In this document: in pieces, positions 8,078-17,068 of the stretch
How positions within the stretch are numbered: position 1 is the first letter of the stretch
Layout of the letters: each line of letters begins with the position of its first letter
From: Clostridia bacterium
GTDB taxonomy: Bacteria; Bacillota; Clostridia; Christensenellales; CAG-1252
Direction: 5' to 3'
Length of the DNA stretch: 64,000 nt
NCBI GenBank assembly: GCA_017394805.1
Contig: JAFPXC010000028.1
Span: forward strand, 7,917 to 71,916
The notes under the pieces: model-generated
What the model was told of the DNA's origin: nothing
The model's input: only the letters and a program-made list of their open reading frames with translations
Databases searched by the model: none
Translations under genes and position numbers: made by a program

Positions 8078-9883
8078 TCAAAGTTTGATTTGGTCGTTTA
8101 TCTCCCGCATGAAGTCCACGGGGATCTTGACGACTTGACGATCGTAGGTGAGCATACCGTTGACCTCGTCCTGCACGTCCGAGACCTGCGTATAGACCAA
8201 CGCGGACAAGCCCGTGGCGATTTGGGGTTTGAGCGTCCGGAGATACAGTTTTTTGATGGCGGCAAGCAATTTGTCCTTTTTGCGGAAAGCGCGGTAGCCG
8301 GGCATATTGACGCCGAACACCGTGGACTCGTTGTGAATGTGGCCGGGCTCTTGATAGATGAGGCCGCCGAACTCGGTGAGCGCCACCACGCGGTCGTCCT
8401 GCTTGTCGTACTTGACGAAGCGAATGGGGGTGAAATAGATGTGGAAACTGTTGACGTCACCGCCGCCCTGGTCGTGCCAGCCGCTGGCGTGGTCGATGAG
8501 ACGGGTGTCGTCCCACCCGCGAATCATATCCACCGCTTTCTTGGCGTCGAACTGCCCCCAGCCCTCGTTGTAGGGAACCCAAAGGCAAATGGACACCGAA
8601 TTGTAGAGAAGAGAAATCATATCCTCTAAGTCGCGGTAGAACTCGTCGCGCCCGTCCGCGTCGTGGCGGTCGAAACGGCGGTAGTTCTTCTCGCCGTCGT
8701 CCATGTGGCCTATCTTCTTGTTGTTGAACAAAAGACCGAGGAAGGGTCCGAAGCCGATGGTGTAGCCGTTGTACACGCCCGCGCCGCCCGAAACGGCGTC
8801 CTGCCATACGAGCATACCCAGCCTGTCGCAATGGTAGTACCAGCGCAAAGGCTCCACCTTGATGTGCTTGCGGAGCATATTGAAGCCCATATCTTTCATC
8901 GTTTGAATGTCATAGACGAGCGCTTCGTCCGAAGGCGCCGTGTACATACCGTCCGACCAATAGCCTTGGTCGAGCAAGCCGTTCTGGAAATAGGGTTTGT
9001 TGTTGAGCATCATGCGGGAGACGCCCATCGAATCCTTGCCGACGGAGAACTTGCGCATACCGAAGTAGCACTTAACCGTATCCGCGCCCATGGTGAGATA
9101 GAGATCGTACAACTTGGGATTCTCAGGCGTCCACAACTCGTAGGCATCCAACTCCACGGTGAAGGAAAGACCGCCCCGCCCCGAAGCGAGCACTTTGTCG
9201 CCATCTTGCACCCGCCACTCGACGGAGGGCGCGTCAACACCGTCGCCCGCAGGGGCAACGACTACCCGCAACGCGTTGCGGTCGATGTCGGGAGTGAGGC
9301 GCACGGAACGGACGTAGGAAGCGGGCACGCTCTCCAACCATACGGTCTGCCAAATGCCCGACGTGGGCAAATACCATATACCCGAGCCGCCCGTGAGTTG
9401 CTTGCCGCGCGCTTGATGCCCTTTTTCGGAAGGGTCGGTGACGGACAAGGTAAGCTCGTTGTCACCCTCGACCAAGCACTTGGTAACGTCGAAAGCAAAG
9501 GGCAGGTAGCCGCCTCGGTGGCACCCGACCTCCAGCCCGTTGACCGCGACCGTGCACGCGTAGTCCACCGCGCCGAAGTGCAGCAATACGCGCCCTACGT
9601 TGAAACCCTCGGGAAGGCGGAAGGACCGACGATAATACAAAGTGTCCGCAGGGCCGACCGTCTTTTCGACGCCGGACAGCAAGCACTCGGGCGAGAAGGG
9701 CACGAGAATGCTGCCCTGATAGCCTGTGAACGGCTGCTGCGTGGGCAAGATGGCGTAGTCCCATTGACCGTTGAGGTTGAGATAGGACTCGCGTACCATC
9801 TGCGGACGAGGGTACTCGGGAAGGACGTTGGTTTTGTCAAGTGTCTGCCCCCAAGGGGTGTAAAGTTTGTTGTCGGGTTTCAT
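8078..9883 (-). CDS. glycoside hydrolase family 2 protein (beta-galactosidase/beta-glucuronidase-like)
   Basis: 601 aa with an N-terminal sugar-binding-like region (LNLNGQWDY..., FDVT...GDNELTLSV) and a TIM-barrel part with WVPYNEGWG (NE acid/base motif). AAGGAGAG RBS. Confidence 0.8.
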   Translation of the reverse strand: MKPDNKLYTPWGQTLDKTNVLPEYPRPQMVRESYLNLNGQWDYAILPTQQPFTGYQGSILVPFSPECLLSGVEKTVGPADTLYYRRSFRLPEGFNVGRVLLHFGAVDYACTVAVNGLEVGCHRGGYLPFAFDVTKCLVEGDNELTLSVTDPSEKGHQARGKQLTGGSGIWYLPTSGIWQTVWLESVPASYVRSVRLTPDIDRNALRVVVAPAGDGVDAPSVEWRVQDGDKVLASGRGGLSFTVELDAYELWTPENPKLYDLYLTMGADTVKCYFGMRKFSVGKDSMGVSRMMLNNKPYFQNGLLDQGYWSDGMYTAPSDEALVYDIQTMKDMGFNMLRKHIKVEPLRWYYHCDRLGMLVWQDAVSGGAGVYNGYTIGFGPFLGLLFNNKKIGHMDDGEKNYRRFDRHDADGRDEFYRDLEDMISLLYNSVSICLWVPYNEGWGQFDAKKAVDMIRGWDDTRLIDHASGWHDQGGGDVNSFHIYFTPIRFVKYDKQDDRVVALTEFGGLIYQEPGHIHNESTVFGVNMPGYRAFRKKDKLLAAIKKLYLRTLKPQIATGLSALVYTQVSDVQDEVNGMLTYDRQVVKIPVDFMREINDQIKL

Positions 9884-9914
9884 AATGCTCTCCTTATTCG
9901 TTTCGCGCTATTAT

Positions 9915-11786
9915 TTAGAGGGATAGCGCCACCTCTACGTGCTGACCGCACAAGGCCGAATCGTCGTAGTAGATCCGACCGAAAATGTCTTGTATGCGAA
10001 GGTGCCCCCGCTCCCAATCGAATCGAAGAACGGACGCGCCGATATGAACGCCGCGGACGGAAAACCTATCCCACGTCCCCGGCAAATGAAGACAAACGGC
10101 TATGCGCTCGAAAGACAAGATCTCCAGTCCCAAAAGCCCGTAGACGCACGCGCCCACGTAGCGCCACGACAAGGAGGCGGCCGAATAGCCGCACTCGGCG
10201 GGATAGGGCGAGAAAGCGCCCAACGCGACGTCGGACGAAAGCTGCCGCAGCATCTCGTGCGCCGCGTCCGCGTAGCCTACCCGCGCAAGCGCGAGCGCGA
10301 CGTCGAACCAATCCGAAAGGGGACGCGACTGCTTGCGGGGCGCGTCCGCCTCGTGAAGCCAACTGACGATGAGGGCGCGACCGATCTCCTCTGCCCGTCC
10401 GTCTACGCCGCAGGCCAAGGGCATCCAAAGAAGGGACGCACGCTTGAAAAGCGCCTTGGGCGAGGATAAGTACGCCTCGTCTATGCGACGGGACAACGCC
10501 GAAGCGGCCTCCTGCCAAGCGGCGGCACGATGGGACACGCCCAACGCGAAAGCCAAACGCGAAGCCTCGGTGAGCAACGCGTAAAACACGCATTCGCACC
10601 CAAGATCCGCCCGCCCGCCGAGGGTATATAGCCCGCCCTTGGCGGTGCGAAGGAACCGCTCGACGAAGCGCTCGACGAAGCCGAAGTGCGCCGCCGCAAC
10701 CGAAGAACCCGTCAAAAGGGAATAGCGCGCCACGGCCAAGGCAAACGAGGCGCAGGTAAGACCGTCCGCCCTCTCCGAAGAAGAAACGTCCAACCGAACG
10801 GGAAGAACGCCGTCCGTCTCCAACCGCTCGCAGGCGGCGGACAAAAAATCCTTCGCCGCCAAAGACGCGCGGTGCAAGCCGCATAGCGCCATAAGAGGCA
10901 ACGCGAACGAGCCTCGGTCCGTCCAGCAGCCGAAGTCGTAGGGAAGCACGCCCGAAGGCGCGTCGGCAAGGCGCTCGGCGGCACACAGCAAGGCGTGCGA
11001 AAAAGCGCGGTTGAGAAGTGGCTCGGGCGTGGACAGCACGAGCCCCGAAGAAAAACACTCGGCGACCGACTCCATCCGCTTCTTCCACTCCAAGCGGCAA
11101 TCCACCATAAGATCCTCGGCGCGTGGCTTGGACCAATAGACGACGTGAAACACGACCTCGCCGTCTACGGGAACGAGGCGGGTATCCTCCTCGATAAGGT
11201 CGGTGAGCATACGCCCCATCTCGTCCGCCAAGGTGACGCCGCTGACCACGGGAAAATCGTGCCCTTTGCGCGTGACGACCGAAAGATGCGGGAGAGTCAG
11301 GCGCACGCGGCGCGGATTGACGCCCAAGTTGAGGACGGCGACGCGCTCGACGAGCCCCGTCGACAGTACGGCGGGATAGAAGGTGCGCTCTATGCGGAAG
11401 CCTGCGGCTTCGGTAACGACGCGAAGTGCGCCCAACGTCTCCACGAAGGAAAGGCGTTCGGTAAGGGGCGACTCGTCCGCCAAAAGCGAGGGGGATAGGT
11501 CGTAGTCGAACGTGAAACCCGTGGACGTGAGGAAGGGGAAGCATCCATGTTTGAAACATTGGAACCCGCCATCCTCGGATAGGCGATAGGACAAACGAAA
11601 GCGCGAGCGGCGGCCGCATACCCAAAAACGCTGCGAAAAGGGCAACGACGTGCCCTCGGGCATAAGACGCACGGCGCCGTCGGGCATGAGAAACCGATTG
11701 ATTTCGTCCGAAGAACGCGGGCAAACCGCCCTATGCGGCGCTCGCTCGGCGCGGGGTATTCGATTGCGAAGGGTGTTACGTGCCAT
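9915..11786 (-). CDS. hypothetical protein, possible (alpha/alpha)6 six-hairpin glycosidase-like
   Basis: 623 aa, AGGAG RBS, TGgTATACT extended -10 upstream. The central region (…FGCWTDRGSFALPLMALCGLHRASLAAKDFL…ETDGVLPV…) resembles the W-x-RD / helical-hairpin pattern of GH15/GH63-like folds. Weak, by-eye assignment. Confidence 0.4.
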   Translation of the reverse strand: MARNTLRNRIPRAERAPHRAVCPRSSDEINRFLMPDGAVRLMPEGTSLPFSQRFWVCGRRSRFRLSYRLSEDGGFQCFKHGCFPFLTSTGFTFDYDLSPSLLADESPLTERLSFVETLGALRVVTEAAGFRIERTFYPAVLSTGLVERVAVLNLGVNPRRVRLTLPHLSVVTRKGHDFPVVSGVTLADEMGRMLTDLIEEDTRLVPVDGEVVFHVVYWSKPRAEDLMVDCRLEWKKRMESVAECFSSGLVLSTPEPLLNRAFSHALLCAAERLADAPSGVLPYDFGCWTDRGSFALPLMALCGLHRASLAAKDFLSAACERLETDGVLPVRLDVSSSERADGLTCASFALAVARYSLLTGSSVAAAHFGFVERFVERFLRTAKGGLYTLGGRADLGCECVFYALLTEASRLAFALGVSHRAAAWQEAASALSRRIDEAYLSSPKALFKRASLLWMPLACGVDGRAEEIGRALIVSWLHEADAPRKQSRPLSDWFDVALALARVGYADAAHEMLRQLSSDVALGAFSPYPAECGYSAASLSWRYVGACVYGLLGLEILSFERIAVCLHLPGTWDRFSVRGVHIGASVLRFDWERGHLRIQDIFGRIYYDDSALCGQHVEVALSL

Positions 11787-11967
11787 ACTGCTCCTGATGC
11801 CGCTTTTTAATAGTATACCATACTTTTTTTGCTTTGTATAGAGGGGAAACGAAAGGTTTTGCGCGTTTTTGTCGCCTTTTTAATAAAAAATTTCCCATGC
11901 AAGGGGCGGGCGAGGGTATGAAGACGAAGGGAAACGACCATACTCCAAGGGAAAAAGGAGGATGAGA

Positions 11968-13515
11968 ATGAGAAAATTTTGGTACGCTTTGGTGGCGGCG
12001 GCGTTGATCGGCGTTTTGGTGTGCGGGCTCGGCGCGTGCAAAAAGAAAGAGGAAGAACAGAAAAAAGAAGACGTGATCGACCAACCCGTGAAAGCAGAAG
12101 GAATCGAATTGAATTGGCAGGAAGTGCTGTTGGTGAAGGGCACGTCCGTGACCTTGGCGCATACGGTAAGCCCCGAGGGGGCGACGGGTACGGCGACGTA
12201 CACCAGCTCGGATACGGCGGTGGCGACCGTGAGCGCACAAGGCGTGGTGTCGGGGTTGAAGGCGGGCGTGACGACCGTGACCGCCAAGATAGACGATAGC
12301 CACTATGCGGAATGCAGGGTGATAGTGGGCGACGTCATCGTGAAAGCGAGCGAAGCGCAAACCCCGAGCGAACAAGGCGAAACGGGTGCCGAGGGCGGGC
12401 AAAACGCCGAGAACGGCAACGCGCAATCGAGTGAAGGCACGCAAAACGGCGAAACAAACAGCGAAACCGGCGGCACGAATACGGGCGGTGAAACCGGCAC
12501 GGACACGGGCGGAAGCGATAACCCGCTCGGCGGAGGTGAAACCGGCACGGACACGGGCGACGGCGGCAGCAATAGCGGAGAGGCGGACGGCACGGATACG
12601 GGCGATGGGCAAGGCACAGGCGGAGATACGACGTCCCAAGACGGTGCAACGAACCCCACGAACGGCGGGGAAACCGATGGTCAAACAACCGAGAACGGCA
12701 CGCAAAACGGGGGTACGTCCGAGGGTAACGGCGACCAAACCTCGACGAACGGTCAATCGGGAACGAGCGCGGGAAGCAATGGAACGGAGTCGAACGGCGA
12801 GACCGAAAGTATGCCCGTAAGGCGCACCGTGTCGGGCGGCGTAAAGGGCGAAACCCTATTCGAAAGCGTGCAAGCGGCCGTGGGTAAGGCCAAGGCGAAC
12901 GACGTGGTCGTGGTGGATAAAGGCGACTATAAAGAAGCGGTGACCATCGGAAAAAGTCTGACCGTCATGGGCGTGGGCAATCCCAAAGTGCAAAAAGTGA
13001 CCGTGGAAACGGGCAACCTCGTGAAACTGCAGAATATAAGCGTCGTAACGGACGAATACCCCTCGGCGGGCGAAGCGGCGGTGCTCGTGAAGACGTCGGC
13101 GGGCGTGGAGATACGAAACTGCGTGATAACGTCCAAAGCGACGGGCGAATTGGAAGGCGGCTACGGCGTGCTGGTGGAAAAACAGGCGCGAGGCGTGACG
13201 ATGGTGGGGAACAGCATCGGGAACTTCCGCTACGGCGTGTACGTGTGTCCCACCGATCAGTCGGTCACCATTACGGATAACCGCTTGTCGAATATGGCGG
13301 TGGGTATCGGCTTGGACGTGCGACAGGAAAACGCGGAGACCAACTACCCTACCCTGGGTAAGATCGCGGATAACGAATACAACGAAGTGACCAAGCACAC
13401 GCAATTCTTGCACTACGGCGAGAACTACGAGGGCGACTTCGACTTCGGCGACAACGAGGAAGAAAACGCATCCCAAGGCAACTCGAACACGGGGGGCGGC
13501 GGATTGATGGAATAG
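11968..13515 (+). CDS. lipoprotein with Big_2-like Ig domain, D/T/G/E-rich linker and right-handed beta-helix domain
   Basis: The start is likely ATG 11968 (GGAGG 6 nt upstream; ATG 11962 abuts the SD). Lipobox LGAC. A Big_2-like stretch (…VTLAHTVSPEGATGTATYTSSDTAVATVSAQGVVSGLKAGVTTVTA…) is followed by about 140 aa of low complexity. Beta-helix rungs follow (…VEIRNCVITS…, VTMVGNSIGNFRYGVYV, VTITDNRLSN). Confidence 0.75.
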   Translation: MRKFWYALVAAALIGVLVCGLGACKKKEEEQKKEDVIDQPVKAEGIELNWQEVLLVKGTSVTLAHTVSPEGATGTATYTSSDTAVATVSAQGVVSGLKAGVTTVTAKIDDSHYAECRVIVGDVIVKASEAQTPSEQGETGAEGGQNAENGNAQSSEGTQNGETNSETGGTNTGGETGTDTGGSDNPLGGGETGTDTGDGGSNSGEADGTDTGDGQGTGGDTTSQDGATNPTNGGETDGQTTENGTQNGGTSEGNGDQTSTNGQSGTSAGSNGTESNGETESMPVRRTVSGGVKGETLFESVQAAVGKAKANDVVVVDKGDYKEAVTIGKSLTVMGVGNPKVQKVTVETGNLVKLQNISVVTDEYPSAGEAAVLVKTSAGVEIRNCVITSKATGELEGGYGVLVEKQARGVTMVGNSIGNFRYGVYVCPTDQSVTITDNRLSNMAVGIGLDVRQENAETNYPTLGKIADNEYNEVTKHTQFLHYGENYEGDFDFGDNEEENASQGNSNTGGGGLME

Positions 13516-13529
13516 CAATAGAGAAACGG

Positions 13530-13556
13530 GGGGCGCCGAAAAGGGGCGCCCCTTTT
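13530..13556 (+). terminator. rho-independent terminator
   Basis: GGGGCGCC-loop-GGCGCCCC stem followed by TTTT, 15 nt after the stop codon. Confidence 0.7.
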
Positions 13557-13675
13557 GGGAAGACGACGGCACGGCGATTTGACATAGAAAGCGGGGTTTC
13601 GGCAAAGGTCGCGGAAAAAGCGCGGAAACGTAGGGTTAAACTGTAAGAATGAAACGAAAAAGGTAAGACAAAGGA

Positions 13676-15940
13676 ATGAAACAAGGGAAAGTAAACAAGA
13701 CGGATATATTGCAATACATAGTCTTTTTTCTATTGATGATTTTGACCTCGATGGCATCGAATAGGGGGGTACGTCCCTTCGCAATCGGCGTCTTCGTGGG
13801 GTTGGCGTACTGCAAGAAAAACGTGTGGCTGTTGGCGCCAATGCTGTTGGCCGCGGCGCTTATCGGGGAATTCGGGTGGCAATCTATACTGCTTGCGGCG
13901 ACGGCCGTAATCGTGGTGACGGCGGCCTATTATCTGCACTATCTGTTCAAAAAACGAATGAAGGCCTGGCAACTCATTGTCTACGCGTTCGTGAGCCAAA
14001 CGCCCGTGCTATTGGTGTACGGAATAAACGAAGAACGCTTGCTGTTGGGCGCGCTGAGCCTGGTGCTGTCCACGGCGTTCGCGTACTGCTGTACCGTGCT
14101 GGCGCATTGCGCGTTCGTCAAAGGCGTACGCTATAAGATGACCGCGAAAGAGGAACTGTGCATGGGATTTTTGGCCGCCGTACTGACGATGGGTATGGTG
14201 CGCATAAGCCTCTACGGCGTCGTGGTGGGTATGGTGGTGATGGGATTCGCGTACCTTTTGGCACCGCGCGTTCTACGAGAAAAAGGCGTGTTCGCCGTGA
14301 TGGCGATGGGGCTGGGCGCTTGGGCGGCCACGGGCGACGCCGCGCATATAGCCGTGGCGGCCGTGATGGGATTGGGGGCGTACGTACTGCGCAATCAGCA
14401 CCCCGTCTTTGCTTTGGCGGTGCTGACGGCGACCGATTTCGCGTGCGGTTTTTTGCTGAAACTGTACGCGGATTACTACTTTGTAAATACGATTTTGTTT
14501 GCCTTGGGCGGGGGCATACTCGCCTGTATTCCCAACAAAATACGCAACCGATGGGAGGGATTTTTGCAATCGGAAAACGATATCGGCGTGCGCTATCTCG
14601 TCAACCGAAATCGGCTGGATCTGTACGGAAAACTGGTGGGCGTGGCGGGAGTGTTGACGGATATGCGCCTCGTGCTGGAGGGGGGCATCTGCAACCTCGC
14701 GCCCATAGAACAAAGCAAGAATCAACTCGCAAAAGAATTGGCGAAGGCGTGCTGTGCGGGATGCGCGTACCGTCCGAAATGCGAACGCGCCCTCTCTTCT
14801 TCGACGGCGGTGGCCATGTACGACCTTATCGCGCGGGCGCTGGATACGGGACGGCTGTCAATATTGGAAACGCCCTCTTTCTTTGGAGAAAACTGCCCCT
14901 ACCAAAAACGCGTGGTGGAGACCTGCGGCGACCTCTTGGACGGCTATATCCGAAAAAAGCAGGTGGCCGACCGAGTGGACGACAATAAGCGCGTGATGTG
15001 CGAGCAACTGTCCGGCCTGTCGGGAATGATGAACGACCTCGCCGCCGAGGTGAAACAAGTGGTGAGCTTTGACACGACGAAGGAAAAGCGGCTGTTGGAG
15101 GACCTGTCGAACGGCAATATCATCGCGAAGGAGTGCATTATTTACCGCGACAAGGGGCTGGCGACGGCCATCCTCGTGGTGCGGGCGGGCGACCAGGACA
15201 AGCCCGCGTTGGACGCGATATTGGAGAAGCATTTGGGTAAAATGGTGGTGAAAAGCGTGTCCAATCACTCGTCGGGCTGGGTGAGCAAGCGATACGTGAC
15301 CGCACCGCCTTTGGGCGTGGCCACGGGAACGTCTACGGCGACGAAAAAGGGAAGCGAACGGTCGGGGGACACATTTTCGGTGCTGCCCCTCGGGACGGAC
15401 AAAACCCTATTGGCGGTGTGCGACGGAATGGGGAGCGGCGAAGAGGCGTCGGGCGGCGCGAACGCGGCGATGTCCTTGGTGGAAAGCTTCTACACGGCGG
15501 GCATAGACGACGAAGCCGTGCTATCGCTCATCAACAAATTGCTGGTGGTGCGCAACGAAGACAGCTTCCAAGCATTGGATATTTGCGTGGTGGACCTGCG
15601 GCGCAAGCAGGCCGATTTTATCAAATTGGGCGCGCCCGAAAGCGTGATACGACGAGCCGATCGCATTGAGACCGTGGAAGGGGGCGCGTTGCCCATCGGC
15701 ATATTGGAGAACGTGACGCCCAAGATAAGCAGGGTGAAAATAACCGAGGGGGATATGATCGTGATGTGCTCGGACGGCATCACCGAAAGTATCGGTGTGG
15801 AAGGCGTGGTGCGGATGATCGAGCAAAACCCCACCGTCAATCCCAACACGATGGCGCGGCTCGTCGTGGAAGACGCCCTTTTCGTGAACGAAAGCGACGA
15901 CAAAACCGTGCTGTGTGCGCGAATTTTCGACAACGTATAG
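13676..15940 (+). CDS. spoIIE: stage II sporulation protein E (membrane-bound PP2C phosphatase)
   Basis: 754 aa with about 10 N-terminal TM helices, a central regulatory region and a C-terminal PP2C domain (GDTFSVLPLG…LAVCDGMGSGEEA…MCSDGITES). Confidence 0.9.
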   Translation: MKQGKVNKTDILQYIVFFLLMILTSMASNRGVRPFAIGVFVGLAYCKKNVWLLAPMLLAAALIGEFGWQSILLAATAVIVVTAAYYLHYLFKKRMKAWQLIVYAFVSQTPVLLVYGINEERLLLGALSLVLSTAFAYCCTVLAHCAFVKGVRYKMTAKEELCMGFLAAVLTMGMVRISLYGVVVGMVVMGFAYLLAPRVLREKGVFAVMAMGLGAWAATGDAAHIAVAAVMGLGAYVLRNQHPVFALAVLTATDFACGFLLKLYADYYFVNTILFALGGGILACIPNKIRNRWEGFLQSENDIGVRYLVNRNRLDLYGKLVGVAGVLTDMRLVLEGGICNLAPIEQSKNQLAKELAKACCAGCAYRPKCERALSSSTAVAMYDLIARALDTGRLSILETPSFFGENCPYQKRVVETCGDLLDGYIRKKQVADRVDDNKRVMCEQLSGLSGMMNDLAAEVKQVVSFDTTKEKRLLEDLSNGNIIAKECIIYRDKGLATAILVVRAGDQDKPALDAILEKHLGKMVVKSVSNHSSGWVSKRYVTAPPLGVATGTSTATKKGSERSGDTFSVLPLGTDKTLLAVCDGMGSGEEASGGANAAMSLVESFYTAGIDDEAVLSLINKLLVVRNEDSFQALDICVVDLRRKQADFIKLGAPESVIRRADRIETVEGGALPIGILENVTPKISRVKITEGDMIVMCSDGITESIGVEGVVRMIEQNPTVNPNTMARLVVEDALFVNESDDKTVLCARIFDNV

Positions 15941-16102
15941 GGGGTATCGAATACAAAAGAACAGTGTATGGGAAAAGGCGACGAAAAGAAAGCGTCGGAG
16001 TGAGTGAGCGATAGAGCCACCGAGAATGCAATCGAAAAGGGGGCGGCGAAACGAGTGACGAAGGGGTGGTGCCCTACTCCAAAGAAACGCGTATGGGTAG
16101 CA

Positions 16103-16137
16103 AAAAGGCTTGTGGAGAAATCGACACAAGCCTTTTC
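16103..16137. terminator. bidirectional rho-independent terminator between convergent spoIIE and S51 peptidase genes
   Basis: AAGGCTTGTG-GAGAAATCGA-CACAAGCCTT stem-loop flanked by an A-run on the left and a T-run on the right (TTTTT when read on the minus strand). Confidence 0.65.
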
Positions 16138-16258
16138 ACTAATTATATGATAAGGGGGAAATTATAATTCTGTATCGGGGGCAATCTCTTGCCAAGTTCA
16201 CAGGTATTTTACTACATAATGCGCGCAATGTCAATACGTTTTACAATTGTTTTGCAAT

Positions 16259-16963
16259 TTATTGCACATTTATTTCGGTTTTGACGAGTTCGCCCGACGT
16301 GGCGTCCAGATAATAGGCCTTGCCGCCCGTGGTGACGGTGCGACGAATGACACCGTCGGCAAAGTGCAAAGCGCAGTTGTCCTCGATGGCGTAGGCCGCG
16401 GCGCGCTCCCGCAACACGACGGAGTCGAACTCGGGGCGTTGATTGTAGTGGGGCGTCATCATACCGTACAAAAGCCCCCAACCGTCCATCAGGCAAAAGC
16501 CGTCGCCCAAGCCCTCGACGATTTGGCTGTCCGTGTACATACGATCGAACCAACAAATGGCGCCGGCGGAAAGACCGACGACGGGGACCCCGCGACGATA
16601 GGCGGAAACGATGCGGCGACCGACGCCCGTGCGACGCCACTCCTGCAGCATATACCAAGTGTCACCCCCGCCAACATAGATGAGGTCGGCCGCTTGGAAC
16701 TTGGCGTCCATATCCGCCTCGTTCATCTCCCCACCGCGCACGGTGAGGATGAGGTCGGCCTTGACGTCGAATACGGACGTGTAGGTCTTGCGGAAGGTGT
16801 TGAAATAGGGTTTGCTGTCGTGGCTGGCCGTGGGAATGAACAAGGCGTTGGGGCGATTGCCCGCGGCGTGGCGGTAAGCCAAAGTGGCGCAATAAGCGTC
16901 TATGCCCAACGTCATCTTGGTGCGCAACTCGCCGCCGCCGATACAAATAAGCGTCTTTTCCAT
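16259..16963 (-). CDS. peptidase S51 family protein (dipeptidase E / cyanophycinase-like)
   Basis: Start at ATG 16963 (MEKTLICIGGGEL…) with a GGGGAGAG RBS. Motifs …LIYVGGGDTWYM… and …VVGLSAGAICWF… (nucleophile Ser context) are typical of S51. The track ORF is over-extended by 25 codons. Confidence 0.75.
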   Translation of the reverse strand: MEKTLICIGGGELRTKMTLGIDAYCATLAYRHAAGNRPNALFIPTASHDSKPYFNTFRKTYTSVFDVKADLILTVRGGEMNEADMDAKFQAADLIYVGGGDTWYMLQEWRRTGVGRRIVSAYRRGVPVVGLSAGAICWFDRMYTDSQIVEGLGDGFCLMDGWGLLYGMMTPHYNQRPEFDSVVLRERAAAYAIEDNCALHFADGVIRRTVTTGGKAYYLDATSGELVKTEINVQ

Positions 16964-17068
16964 AGCGTACTCTCCCCTACCGCGACCTCGATACGCGGCT
17001 ATTATTATGATACCCTTTTCGCCGCGCATAGTCAACATATCGCAAGAAGAAACCTCATAAGATAGGGT

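Noticed and set aside
10066-11724. 552-aa alternative-frame minus-strand ORF (Arg-rich) and other overlapping ORFs within 9915..11786
   Set aside because: Its composition (about 25% Arg, with Gly and Ala) and the lack of an RBS mark it as a high-GC frame artefact. The 9915..11786 frame has an AGGAG RBS, a promoter-like box and globular composition.
11776-12756. 326-aa minus-strand ORF antisense to the Big_2/beta-helix lipoprotein gene
   Set aside because: It is the antisense shadow of a gene with a clear RBS, lipobox and domain motifs on the plus strand. Its Arg/Ala/Val-rich sequence has no start context.
13579-13607. TTGACA box upstream of spoIIE as a sigma-A promoter or Spo0A box
   Set aside because: No acceptable -10 hexamer lies at 16-19 nt (GCAAAG), and the sequence does not match the 0A-box consensus as I recall it. 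Too weak to report as a feature.
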